Of a stretch of 54,329 nucleotides of DNA, positions 1-8,885 are shown in pieces. Each line of letters opens with the position of its first letter. The stretch's first letter is position 1. The position numbers were made by a program, and so were the translations under genes. This stretch comes from Clostridia bacterium (GTDB taxonomy: Bacteria > Bacillota > Clostridia > Oscillospirales > CAG-272): contig JAFUMW010000063.1 in the NCBI GenBank assembly GCA_017482465.1, positions 1 through 54,329 of the forward strand. Reading direction: 5' to 3'. The notes below the pieces were generated by a model. The model was not told the origin of the DNA and searched no databases. It saw only the letters and a program-made list of their open reading frames with translations.

Positions 1-2070
1 AAAACCCGTGAGGGCGACCTCTGGTATGTAACTGGCGATTGCTCTGGCTGGGTAAGACGAAACATTGTTGCTGGCGATATGGTTCGTTCGATTTCGTTTG
101 ACGAATCCCAACATCCCGAATGTGATGTGGCTGAAAATGTTTTGATGTTAAGCACAGATTCAAACAATAACGCAACGCTGGTGTCTACTGCGGACGGACG
201 ACTGATGAGTCAAAGCGAAACTATATATGACGGTAGTAACTGGAGTGGTATCGCTCTTGGTTTTTATGCCGGAATAGGAATGGACTATCCTACGGTAGTT
301 TCGATTTCCACATCAAATCCATTCTATAGCTCGATAGTTTGTGAGTGTTACGAGTCTTATAAAGCAGGAAAGCTCTACAGATACAACGGAAGCTCTTGGC
401 AAGAAATTGTTGATGCCGATGCTATTGAGGCTATTGAAAAGGCAAACACTGCACAATCTACCGCAGACCAAAAGATTGTAACATATTATCAGAGGTTTGA
501 ACCATACCAACCTACTATCGGTGATTTATGGTATAACACCGCAGAAGCCAAAACTGAAACAAGACATATTGAGGTTGGTGACAATCTCGCAGGCGTAACC
601 ATTACTATAGACACATCTCTTGGTATACCATCTGTTTCAGATTACAACGAACTCATCAAGGCCTCTGGTGGTCTTATCTGTAGACAACCGTCTTTACTCA
701 ACAAAACCAGTCCGGGTACTTTAGAGTTAGTATTAAACAATATGTATTCTGAATTTTTATGTGATGGAGAATACTGGAACGCAACTACTACCGTACCTAC
801 TCCTTTTGGTATTGTTGATTCTGTAGATAAAGCAGACCCGTTCTATGCTTTAATCACGGCTACATTCACAAGCGACTACGAACCTAAGAAGCTTTATCGT
901 TATGACGGTACATCGTGGATTCTCGTTGAAGACGGCGATATCGAAAAAGTTAAAACAGATATCGACAACATTGGCAAAACTCTTGGTGAGTATATCACAG
1001 AAGAGGGCTACCTTACTGCTTCTAAATTAAAGGGTGCAATCAGCACAGCTTTATCTACTATGCAGAATGGTGCAGGAAATGTAATGTTTGATGACGACGG
1101 TATCTGGTTACTTAACGCCGCAACCAAAGAAGCATCTACCTCTGCTATCTGGATGAATGAAAAAGGTATTTTATTCGGTACCGGTACACGCGGATATATA
1201 AACGCAGACGAAGATGATGATAACGCTTGGACTTGGACTACCGCTATTGGTCACGACGGTGTTATTGCCGATGCAATGGCTACCAAGGTATTAAGTGCGT
1301 TCACTATCAATGGCGGTTCTATCAACATAGGCAACGGCAACTTTGTTGTAAATACCAAGGGTGAGCTCACCGCAAAAGCGGGTGTGTTCAAGGGTGTTGT
1401 ACAGGCTTCTGATTTCAAAGACTCAAGCGGTAACTCTATGATGAGTGGCAGTAAGTTTGATTCTGAATACCTATCTTTATATGGTATTGAGATTAAAAAT
1501 AAATCAACGAACGCTGTGACATTTGCGGTTGATGAAAACGGAGCGGTCACTATCAATGGTAGTGTTACACTTGGTACTGGAAGTAAAATCGAATGGGCAA
1601 ACATTGATGAATCTGGAAGCAGTGCTTATTCAGCAGCACAACAGGCAATTAGTGATGCCGACGATGCTTATTGGTACGCAGATGATGCTTATGACTACGC
1701 AAACTCTGCTTATTCAAGAGCGAACTCTGCACGAACACTTGCTCAAAATATTGCGAACGGTACTTATTCAGGTGGTACTTTCATCGATGGCACAAAAATC
1801 TATTCGCCAGAGATATATTCAGAGGAGTTTAGTGTAATTCCCGCAACCACCAGTTCAAGCGGCAGCTTCAATCTTTATGCGTACTACGGCTCAAGTTTAT
1901 TACACTGCTTTGAACTTGGATATTACGCAGGTACCGCACCATATGTTACATTTGATTCTCCTTGTTCTGCTTATGCACAATGGAATTTCAGCGTTACTGA
2001 TTTTAGCGGTAATATCAGCTTTGCTAATGCTACCGTTACAGGCTTAGATGTAACTGCAAAATTCGGATAA
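1..2070 (+). CDS. phage tail fibre / minor structural protein, 5' end cut by the window edge
   Basis: Frame 1 is open from nt 1 (KTREGDLWYVTG...), so the listed ATG at 79 is probably internal. Repeated motifs GDLWY and K(K)LYRY[ND]G[ST]SW are typical of Firmicute phage fibre proteins. A hairpin terminator follows. Confidence 0.6.
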   Translation, partial: KTREGDLWYVTGDCSGWVRRNIVAGDMVRSISFDESQHPECDVAENVLMLSTDSNNNATLVSTADGRLMSQSETIYDGSNWSGIALGFYAGIGMDYPTVVSISTSNPFYSSIVCECYESYKAGKLYRYNGSSWQEIVDADAIEAIEKANTAQSTADQKIVTYYQRFEPYQPTIGDLWYNTAEAKTETRHIEVGDNLAGVTITIDTSLGIPSVSDYNELIKASGGLICRQPSLLNKTSPGTLELVLNNMYSEFLCDGEYWNATTTVPTPFGIVDSVDKADPFYALITATFTSDYEPKKLYRYDGTSWILVEDGDIEKVKTDIDNIGKTLGEYITEEGYLTASKLKGAISTALSTMQNGAGNVMFDDDGIWLLNAATKEASTSAIWMNEKGILFGTGTRGYINADEDDDNAWTWTTAIGHDGVIADAMATKVLSAFTINGGSINIGNGNFVVNTKGELTAKAGVFKGVVQASDFKDSSGNSMMSGSKFDSEYLSLYGIEIKNKSTNAVTFAVDENGAVTINGSVTLGTGSKIEWANIDESGSSAYSAAQQAISDADDAYWYADDAYDYANSAYSRANSARTLAQNIANGTYSGGTFIDGTKIYSPEIYSEEFSVIPATTSSSGSFNLYAYYGSSLLHCFELGYYAGTAPYVTFDSPCSAYAQWNFSVTDFSGNISFANATVTGLDVTAKFG

Positions 2071-2077
2071 TAAATAC

Positions 2078-2106
2078 AACTCGCCAGATTCTCTCTGGCG
2101 AGTTTT
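2078..2106 (+). terminator. intrinsic terminator after the tail fibre gene
   Basis: aactcgccaga / tctggcgagtt 11-bp stem, 5-nt loop, then TTTT. Confidence 0.6.
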
Positions 2107-2128
2107 CATATGATTGGAGGTGAATTGA

Positions 2129-3562
2129 TTGGCAAGTATAAGCGTATCTAATTTAACAAATAAAACCTGTACCGTCAAGCTGACCTCTTTGGATACTGCT
2201 TGGGGTGGCGGTAGTAGAACTGTTAAATATTACTTCAAAACGGGTAGCTACCCTACGGAGTCAAGCTACTCTAAAAAAGTAAGCGGTAGTACTATATACG
2301 GCGCTCCTTCTTCTGGTGGTTCTGCGTCTGTTTCGGGATTGTCCGCTAATACGAAATATTATTGTCGGTGTTATGTTTATAACGGCAGCACATTACTTGC
2401 AACGATTCAAACCACATTCACAACAAAAAAGACAGTATCTGTTTCATCGTTCTCTGTTACACAAACGGCTACAGGTACCAAAAAGGCAACTGTTTCTTTT
2501 AGCGGTTCAAATTTGAGCGGCGGTTATTATTATATATGGGTTAGCGGTTGGTGTAAAGCTGAAGGCACACTATCATCCAACTCCAAAACAGTTACTATTT
2601 CGTTCGACTATTTCCAAGAATATGAGGTCGAGCTTGAAGTTGAAAACTATGGGCAGACCATATATAAGTACAAAACAGTAGACATTGAAGATATTGACTT
2701 AACGCCAACAAGCCTATCTACCACACGAATAGATGGTGGTTTTGAATTCTCGTGGAGCGGAGCTTATGATGCTGAATATTTTAAGGTCAGGCTTACAAGG
2801 AATTACGATAGTGTTACACAGACAAAAACCGTTTATTCAAAGTATGCTGAATTTACAGGACTTCAGTATGGTGTTGCGTACACCGTAGAAGTCAGAGCTT
2901 ATTATAGCTCAAGTAACTATGGAAGCTATGAGTTTGGCTATACTTGTACGACCGCTCCGGCTCAGCCAGAGTTTACGGCAACATCAAAAAATGGTGTTAT
3001 CACGGTTAGCTATAATCTGGCGGATACTTCAAATGTAACCTATGTATATATTAACCTATATGACAGCACCAACACTACGGCACTACAAACCAAAACACTT
3101 TCGGCGGCGTCTGGTTCGGTCTCGTTTGCTAAAGTTAGTGACGGGAAGTATTATATCAGAGCACAGTCTGTGTTTGTGTACAGTGGTAGTTATCTGTATT
3201 GTGTGGATGATTACGGAAGCAGATATACATTAACGAAGTCAATTACTGTTTCAAGCAAACCAGCATCTTTTAGCTGGACATACAGTAAAAGCTCAGGTAG
3301 TGCTTTTAACCTCAAGGCCACAGAGTGGAACTCGTTTACAAGCAAAATAAATGAATTCAGAGAGTGGAAAACCTTGAGTGATTATTCTTTTACCACAGCG
3401 GTTAAAGGTAATACTTTCACTGCCGCAATGTTTAATCAGGCAGTAAATGCAATCAACGCAATGTACAGTAATAACCCGCTTTCTACCGTGTCTAAAGGTA
3501 GTACTGTAACAGCTTATCTTTTGAATAACATTGTCAGTGTGCTGAACAATGTTCCAGAATAA
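2129..3562 (+). CDS. phage structural protein with several FN3-like beta-sandwich repeats
   Basis: TTG start 8 nt after GGAGG. Repeated ~90-aa Ser/Thr/Tyr-rich units (e.g. VSNLTNKTCTVKLTS..., FSVTQTATGTKKATVSFSG..., YFKVRLTRNYDS...VEVRAYY). Sits in the tail module. Confidence 0.5.
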   Translation: MASISVSNLTNKTCTVKLTSLDTAWGGGSRTVKYYFKTGSYPTESSYSKKVSGSTIYGAPSSGGSASVSGLSANTKYYCRCYVYNGSTLLATIQTTFTTKKTVSVSSFSVTQTATGTKKATVSFSGSNLSGGYYYIWVSGWCKAEGTLSSNSKTVTISFDYFQEYEVELEVENYGQTIYKYKTVDIEDIDLTPTSLSTTRIDGGFEFSWSGAYDAEYFKVRLTRNYDSVTQTKTVYSKYAEFTGLQYGVAYTVEVRAYYSSSNYGSYEFGYTCTTAPAQPEFTATSKNGVITVSYNLADTSNVTYVYINLYDSTNTTALQTKTLSAASGSVSFAKVSDGKYYIRAQSVFVYSGSYLYCVDDYGSRYTLTKSITVSSKPASFSWTYSKSSGSAFNLKATEWNSFTSKINEFREWKTLSDYSFTTAVKGNTFTAAMFNQAVNAINAMYSNNPLSTVSKGSTVTAYLLNNIVSVLNNVPE

Positions 3563-3586
3563 ATTTATGTATGAAAGGATAGTTTT

Positions 3587-3769
3587 ATGAACACTCAAAT
3601 CTTAAATAAACTTGCATCTGTTGTTAATGCACTTAACAACATCGAGGTTAAAGGAAAAGCAAACCTTATGAACCTTGGTGGTTGTATTGCAATTATCGAG
3701 GAAGTTTGTCAGGAGATTGTTTCTGCAAACGAGAACTCTGATAAAGCGGAGGCAAAAGAAAAGAAATAA
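3587..3769 (+). CDS. small hypothetical phage protein (60 aa)
   Basis: ATG preceded by gaaaggat, tightly packed in the late operon. No recognisable family. Confidence 0.4.
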   Translation: MNTQILNKLASVVNALNNIEVKGKANLMNLGGCIAIIEEVCQEIVSANENSDKAEAKEKK

Positions 3770-3785
3770 ATAGCGAGGTGATACA

Positions 3786-4589
3786 ATGGCTTTTTATGGA
3801 TGCGAATTTAGCTTTAACGGCATTTCGTGTACAGAGTATGGATTGATGATGTATGACTTCGGAACAAAGTCCGATACAAGCAACACCTTGTCTGTTAACT
3901 CGGAGATTGTTGAGGACAGAATCGCAAGACGATATACCCCGTTGCATTACGGCGTTATTACAAATAAACCGCTTGAGTTCACTATGACATTTGGAGCGGA
4001 TATCAATGCCATTAACAAGGGTGTGTTTCTTGATAGATGGGATATGGATATTATTGCGAACTGGCTAACGGCTCACGATAAATACCAGTGGCTTGAGATA
4101 ACTCAGCCAGATATGGAAATGTTCAGATACAAATGTTTTATTACCGACCTCAAACATACTGATGTCGGAAATCTCCCTTGGGGATTTACCTGCAAGGTTA
4201 TCTGTGACTCTCCATTTGCATACCAGTATCCCGAAGTTTTCACGGGTGTTGTAAACGGTACAACAGAAATTGATATACATAATAAAAGTTCGTATCGCGG
4301 ATATTACAAGCCCAAGCTTAATCTGTTCCTTAGCAAAGGCGGGACATTCAACATTATAAACGAAACGGATAACAATCGTATTATGCAGTTTACGGGATTG
4401 CCTACTTCTGCAACAAACATTTTTATTGATACAGAAAACGAAATCATTACTTGCAATACGGTTGAAAACCCATATCAGTATTTTAATTTCAACTTCCTGA
4501 GATTATGTCGTGGCAACAATCATTTGATTATGAACGGCGTAGGAAATGTTGAGATTATGTGTGAATTCCCAATTAGCATAGGAGGTTGA
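3786..4589 (+). CDS. distal-tail-protein-like (siphovirus tail component family) protein, tentative
   Basis: N-terminus MAFYGCEFSFNGISCTEYGL and C-terminus ...LCRGNNHLIMNGVGNVEIMCEF resemble the Sipho_tail/Dit pattern. RBS gcgaggtga. Confidence 0.45.
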   Translation: MAFYGCEFSFNGISCTEYGLMMYDFGTKSDTSNTLSVNSEIVEDRIARRYTPLHYGVITNKPLEFTMTFGADINAINKGVFLDRWDMDIIANWLTAHDKYQWLEITQPDMEMFRYKCFITDLKHTDVGNLPWGFTCKVICDSPFAYQYPEVFTGVVNGTTEIDIHNKSSYRGYYKPKLNLFLSKGGTFNIINETDNNRIMQFTGLPTSATNIFIDTENEIITCNTVENPYQYFNFNFLRLCRGNNHLIMNGVGNVEIMCEFPISIGG

Positions 4590-4593
4590 TGTT

Positions 4594-4965
4594 ATGCAAA
4601 CAACAGTTTATACACTTCCTGAGATTTCGTTTGTTGGAGGCGAAACCCAGAAGTTTAACTTTCATTTGAAGAATCAAAGAGGCGAACCATTTGACGCAAG
4701 CGGTGCTGATGTTAACTTCGCCATTTGTAATTATTCCAACAAAACTGGTGAACCACTCTTATCATATACACCCGAGTTGTTAGCTGATGAGGATGGTGTC
4801 GCAAGCGTAATCATTTTGACTATTCCCAAAGAGGATACAGCTCTTCTTTATGGAAAGTTCATTTACCAAATCACCATTGTTGATGCCAGCGGTAGTTCAG
4901 AAATTCCTAATCAGGGCATTATGAATATCGCTAAGAACATCAACCAAGAATATGTTTTAAATTAA
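4594..4965 (+). CDS. hypothetical phage tail-associated protein (123 aa)
   Basis: Start overlaps the end of the previous gene (ggaggttgatgttATG). Predicted beta-rich; no firm family. Confidence 0.4.
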   Translation: MQTTVYTLPEISFVGGETQKFNFHLKNQRGEPFDASGADVNFAICNYSNKTGEPLLSYTPELLADEDGVASVIILTIPKEDTALLYGKFIYQITIVDASGSSEIPNQGIMNIAKNINQEYVLN

Positions 4966-4983
4966 AGATAGGAGGAAACGACA

Positions 4984-5394
4984 TTGAATACTACATACTT
5001 TAAGAATGTCATTATGGGTAATGTTTTCGGTACTGCAACCGGTACGGAACTCCCAACAACTTACTATATTGGTCTGTCAAGCACAGCACCTACCGCTGAT
5101 GGAACCAATGTTACTGAACCTAACAGTGCCGGTAGCGGATATACAAGAGTTCAGCTCTCGTCTTTAACTGCTCCTGCCGACGGCGTAATCAGTAACGCAA
5201 ACGCAATCAATTTCCCTGAGAGCCTTTCTGACTGGTTTCCTGCATCTGCTCCCGCAAGATATTATGTCATTTATGATTCTAAGAACGAGGGCAATCTGTT
5301 GATGTATAACCAGCTTACCACTTCGAGAATTATCGAAACAAACACTATTGCTACTATTAAGGCAAACAGTCTTTACTTACAACTTACAGATTAA
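4984..5394 (+). CDS. hypothetical phage tail-associated protein (136 aa)
   Basis: TTG start after ataggagga. Pattern YYIGLSSTAP...GYTRVQL...NFPES...YYVIYDS is seen in small phage fibre-associated proteins. Confidence 0.4.
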   Translation: MNTTYFKNVIMGNVFGTATGTELPTTYYIGLSSTAPTADGTNVTEPNSAGSGYTRVQLSSLTAPADGVISNANAINFPESLSDWFPASAPARYYVIYDSKNEGNLLMYNQLTTSRIIETNTIATIKANSLYLQLTD

Positions 5395-5409
5395 ACGAGG
5401 TGATGAGTC

Positions 5410-6480
5410 TTGGCGCAGATTGATATTTTGCTAAACAGTCTGCCAAAAGAATATGACATCGTTGTAGATAAAAATAATTCATTCGATATTGTTCTTGACG
5501 AAAAGTATCATAACTACGATGTATATATTTATAACTTGACAGACAGGCAGGGTATCTACGGAGACGAGTTAAACCCTCTTATCTTCCGACTTACACAAAA
5601 TGAGGTTGACTGCTTAATAGATGTCAACCTCTTAAGCGACAAGAACTATAGCTATCTTGCACTTAATGGAAGTAAGGTTGAGGTAGACAAGAAAATGCTT
5701 GTTGCCTTAAAAGAGCAAATCTTAAAGCTGAAATCGAATGTAGATATGGCATTGGTTAAGACGACAGATATTGAACCGAATGAATTCAAGCTCCTTACTT
5801 CTGGAGAGGTAACCAACACAACCAGACTGAATACCACAAAATTATCAGCTCGTTTAACAGACCGCATCACTGCTAATATGAGTAAGGTTGTTGAGCTGTT
5901 ATTAAACACAAGTGGTACTCACTGGTTTGACGGCTATCTGTATGAGTATGACGACTGGCTTCTCTCGGATATGGATTTAATATATCCTAAATTATCTCTC
6001 GTTACGACCTGCGGGAAAATGTATATGAAATTCACATTTGATATCGGAGAACACAACCTGCATATATCAAGTGATATTGCAGACTTCACTTCAAATGTTG
6101 ATATCAGAAATGTTGTAAGAAACACCTTACAGCTTTCTGACGACATAGACTTTTCTTATCAGATTATTTGCTCTTGCAAACAGAACATCTTTGCTTTGAA
6201 AAACCCAGAGATATCTATAAGTATTTCATCGCTTATATATCCAAAGCAATCTTTAGCGAAGCTTTCAAACCAGACTCTTAAAGATATGGAGATAGCGGCA
6301 GGTCTTAATGTTGTATCTCAAACAATATTAAGTACATTTATGGTTGCTGATGAAATGGAAGCATACTATGGGCTTGGGCATTACGACAAGCGATACTTGT
6401 ACCAGTGGGATAACCACACGATTTACAGTATGAGTGCCGCAGTCGTAACTACACCTCAAAGCGGCTCTGTAGATATGTAA
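5410..6480 (+). CDS. hypothetical phage structural protein (356 aa)
   Basis: TTG start after acgaggtga, co-directional and tightly spaced in the tail module. No recognisable family. Confidence 0.4.
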   Translation: MAQIDILLNSLPKEYDIVVDKNNSFDIVLDEKYHNYDVYIYNLTDRQGIYGDELNPLIFRLTQNEVDCLIDVNLLSDKNYSYLALNGSKVEVDKKMLVALKEQILKLKSNVDMALVKTTDIEPNEFKLLTSGEVTNTTRLNTTKLSARLTDRITANMSKVVELLLNTSGTHWFDGYLYEYDDWLLSDMDLIYPKLSLVTTCGKMYMKFTFDIGEHNLHISSDIADFTSNVDIRNVVRNTLQLSDDIDFSYQIICSCKQNIFALKNPEISISISSLIYPKQSLAKLSNQTLKDMEIAAGLNVVSQTILSTFMVADEMEAYYGLGHYDKRYLYQWDNHTIYSMSAAVVTTPQSGSVDM

Positions 6481-6510
6481 AGAATTTAATATAAGAATTG
6501 GAGGAACGAT

Positions 6511-8031
6511 ATGAGTTATACACCAAACTTAAACTTATTGCTTACTCCCGAAGATGATACCACAACTACCTTTAAGGACTGGCGTGTTGGTATCAACGGA
6601 GAAGAAGGCAATTCCAATATGGCAAAAATTGACGAGGCGTATGGTGCCTTAAACGACCAGACACAGAAAATTCAATCTAAGGTTGATGTTGTTTCAGACA
6701 AGGTGTTTGGTGACGCTCCTAAGACTTGGGGCGATGTGCAGACAATCGTAAGAAACGGTGCGGCTGCACAGTACTTCGACATTGGTGACCAGTTCATTGT
6801 CGAAAAGTTATCTGCCGTTACAGCAAGTAAGGGTACAAGTACTGGTATTACAGCGGTTACTGTTAATGCAAACTCTTTCGTAGAAGGTTGTGGAGAAGTT
6901 CACGCTGGAGAGTATGTTTTCACATTTGATGGCAAGTCTTGGCGTAATGAAGCCGGTAAGGCTGTTAAGATTGAAAACTATGGTATCTCTGTAACCGGTA
7001 CCGCTAAAGCTGGCGACCATGTGATTATCACAGAGACATCTACACAGCTTGCTTTTGATGTTATTGGTATCGACCACGACACACCTGCAGACGGAACCTT
7101 AAAGCACAGTATGACATTACAGATGCACGACCTCTGGCCTACTGCTATTGCGTTTGACGCCACAGAGGCTACTTGGTATATCGACGAAGCTACCTATCCT
7201 CAGGGGCTTGTTGCAGGTACATATCACTTCACACTTCCTGCTGGATATGATAACGCTTATGGTGGTGGTTCCACATTAAACTTCACACTCACAAAAGATG
7301 TTCCCGTTGGTGGACAAATCAGATTTGCTTGGAGTTACAATGTGCAGGCTAACACTTGTAAAATTTCCACATACGAGTCTATCGGAGCGACTGCAGTAAT
7401 TGAAACTGTAAGTGTTGCCGATGGTGAAGCAGGAACCGCAATGCCTACACTTCACGCTACAGCGGTAAGTGATAACGCAAACTGCGTACATCGTTTCCGT
7501 TATGGTTCTAATAACTGGGCAGAATCTGGTCTTCGTCAGTGGTTAAACACTGATGCAGAAGCAAATACTTGGTGGGAGCCTAAAACAGTATTTGATAGAC
7601 CTATTGCGATTGCGGCAACAACTGCAGGTTTCTTAAAAGGAATCGACCCTGCGTTCCTTGATGTTGTTGGAGAAGTAGTGAAGACAACTCAGGAAAGTAT
7701 CTCTGACGAATACGGACACAACACATCTACCGAACGCTTCTTCTTACTCTCTCGTCCTGAAGTATATGCAGGCACAGAGCGTAGTGCAGACGGTGCAGAC
7801 GGTAAAGTATATGAGTACTATGGTGCTGGATATTCTGACTTAGCATCTCCCGGTACTGGAGCAGACTCGAACAGAATTAAATACAGAAACGGTTCCGCAA
7901 CTTATTGGTGGTTGCGTACTCCTTATTCTACCAGCGGTCATGATGTTCGTCTTGTCTACCCTACAGGTACCTTGAACAACGTCAGTGCCAACAGCAGTCT
8001 CGGCGTCGCTCCGGCTTGCGTAATCGTGTAA
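6511..8031 (+). CDS. DGR target protein: tail fibre / receptor-binding protein with C-terminal variable region
   Basis: RBS ggagga. N-terminus MSYTPNLNLLLTPEDD...W..GINGEEGNSNMAKIDEAY is a typical phage fibre N-terminus. C-terminus ...YWWLRTPYSTSGHDVRLVYPTGTLNNVSANSSLGVAPACVIV carries the VR. The W..SGLRQWLN and WWLR(T/S)P...GV(R/A)P motifs fit C-type-lectin-fold DGR targets. Confidence 0.85.
   Translation: MSYTPNLNLLLTPEDDTTTTFKDWRVGINGEEGNSNMAKIDEAYGALNDQTQKIQSKVDVVSDKVFGDAPKTWGDVQTIVRNGAAAQYFDIGDQFIVEKLSAVTASKGTSTGITAVTVNANSFVEGCGEVHAGEYVFTFDGKSWRNEAGKAVKIENYGISVTGTAKAGDHVIITETSTQLAFDVIGIDHDTPADGTLKHSMTLQMHDLWPTAIAFDATEATWYIDEATYPQGLVAGTYHFTLPAGYDNAYGGGSTLNFTLTKDVPVGGQIRFAWSYNVQANTCKISTYESIGATAVIETVSVADGEAGTAMPTLHATAVSDNANCVHRFRYGSNNWAESGLRQWLNTDAEANTWWEPKTVFDRPIAIAATTAGFLKGIDPAFLDVVGEVVKTTQESISDEYGHNTSTERFFLLSRPEVYAGTERSADGADGKVYEYYGAGYSDLASPGTGADSNRIKYRNGSATYWWLRTPYSTSGHDVRLVYPTGTLNNVSANSSLGVAPACVIV
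7907..8018 (+). repeat. DGR variable region (VR)
   Basis: 112-bp ungapped match to 8774-8885. 16 mismatches, every one opposite an A in the TR copy. The adenine-free GC-rich 3' block cggcgtcgctccgg (8001-8014) is identical in both. Confidence 0.9.
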
Positions 8032-8043
8032 TCTGGTAACCTA

Positions 8044-8237
8044 ACACCTTGTGGTTACAAAGGGAAATAATCCACCCGACAGGGTGGTTATTTTATTATA
8101 CTTAAAACAATGGTACACACTTTGCGGTATAGGATAGCAAAGGGTGTATCTATAATATGTGACTACCCTTTGTGGTATGTAATAACTTTGTCCCACCCTT
8201 TATGGGTTAAGACAAGGTGTAGGACACTTTACGATAT
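8044..8237 (+). repeat. five degenerate direct repeats (consensus ACAC-CTTTGYGGTAT) in the target-avd intergenic region
   Basis: Copies start near 8044 (acaccttgtggttac), 8115 (acacactttgcggtat), 8163 (ctaccctttgtggtat), 8193 (ccaccctttatgggtt) and 8223 (gacactttacgatat). Also inverted partners caaagggtgt (8138-8147) and acaaggtgt (8211-8219). Confidence 0.45.
8068..8097 (+). terminator. GC-rich hairpin with 4-nt loop plus T-run downstream of VR
   Basis: taa(t)ccaccc GACA gggtggtta followed by ttttatt. Serves as the target-gene terminator and resembles the VR-flanking hairpin of model DGRs. Confidence 0.5.
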
Positions 8238-8256
8238 ATAATGGGAGGTTGAAGAA

Positions 8257-8721
8257 ATGAGTGTACCAGAAGGTCAAAGATGTAGAGGAAAACTCGCCAT
8301 CGAAACAGAAGCTGATAATCTTTTGCAATACATATTTGATGTTACAGTAAAGTATTATCTGCCACCAGAGCCGTGCGAGGATGCAAAGGTTACAAGAGAC
8401 AAAATGCTTGAGTATGCAAACTCAAAATGGTTTGCAGACAATATGCGTTCTAAAATGTTGTCTTGTGTATCTAACATTCAAACGGCAAACAAAATTGTGA
8501 TTGAAGACAATGCAAGTCTTTATGAGCGAAGAAAATTTCAATCACAAGCAGAGCGTGCGGTTGAAGATGTACTCACTTCTGCCACTCTTATGTATCGCAG
8601 AAAACTTATTAAAAGCAAGAGAGTAAAGTATATCGGAGAACAGATAGGACACCTAAAGCGTATGATACAAAATTGGCGTAAATCTGATAAACAAAGATAT
8701 ACGGCTTCTCTTAAGAAATAA
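8257..8721 (+). CDS. avd: DGR accessory protein, Avd-like (accessory variability determinant), tentative
   Basis: Lies between target and TR. RBS GGGAGG 8 nt upstream. Helical and basic C-terminal half ...ANKIVIEDN..ERRKFQSQAERAVEDVLTSATLMYRRKLIKSKRVKYIGEQIGHLKRMIQNWRKSDKQ resembles the Avd AN...R..Q......GW.KS pattern. At 154 aa it is longer than canonical Avd. Confidence 0.55.
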   Translation: MSVPEGQRCRGKLAIETEADNLLQYIFDVTVKYYLPPEPCEDAKVTRDKMLEYANSKWFADNMRSKMLSCVSNIQTANKIVIEDNASLYERRKFQSQAERAVEDVLTSATLMYRRKLIKSKRVKYIGEQIGHLKRMIQNWRKSDKQRYTASLKK

Positions 8722-8773
8722 CTTATATGGGGTAGTCGTTGCAAGAAGTTCCGTGCTGCATTTTAGGTGCCTC

Positions 8774-8885
8774 AGTGGTTGCGTACTCCTAATTCTACCA
8801 ACGGTAATAATGTTCGTAATGTCAACCCTACAGGTAACTTGAACAACAACAATGCCAACAACAGTAACGGCGTCGCTCCGGATTG
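8774..8885 (+). repeat. DGR template repeat (TR), non-coding
   Basis: Invariant donor copy of the VR. In the VR frame it has 14 AAY (Asn) codons. The listed ORF 8767-8961 (N-rich) is this repeat. Confidence 0.9.

Noticed and set aside
8237-8242. TATAAT hexamer as the avd promoter -10
   Set aside because: It lies only 15 nt before the ATG, so a transcript would start within or after the RBS. No acceptable -35 is present. The TATAAT at 8151-8156 also lacks a good -35, so no avd promoter is called.
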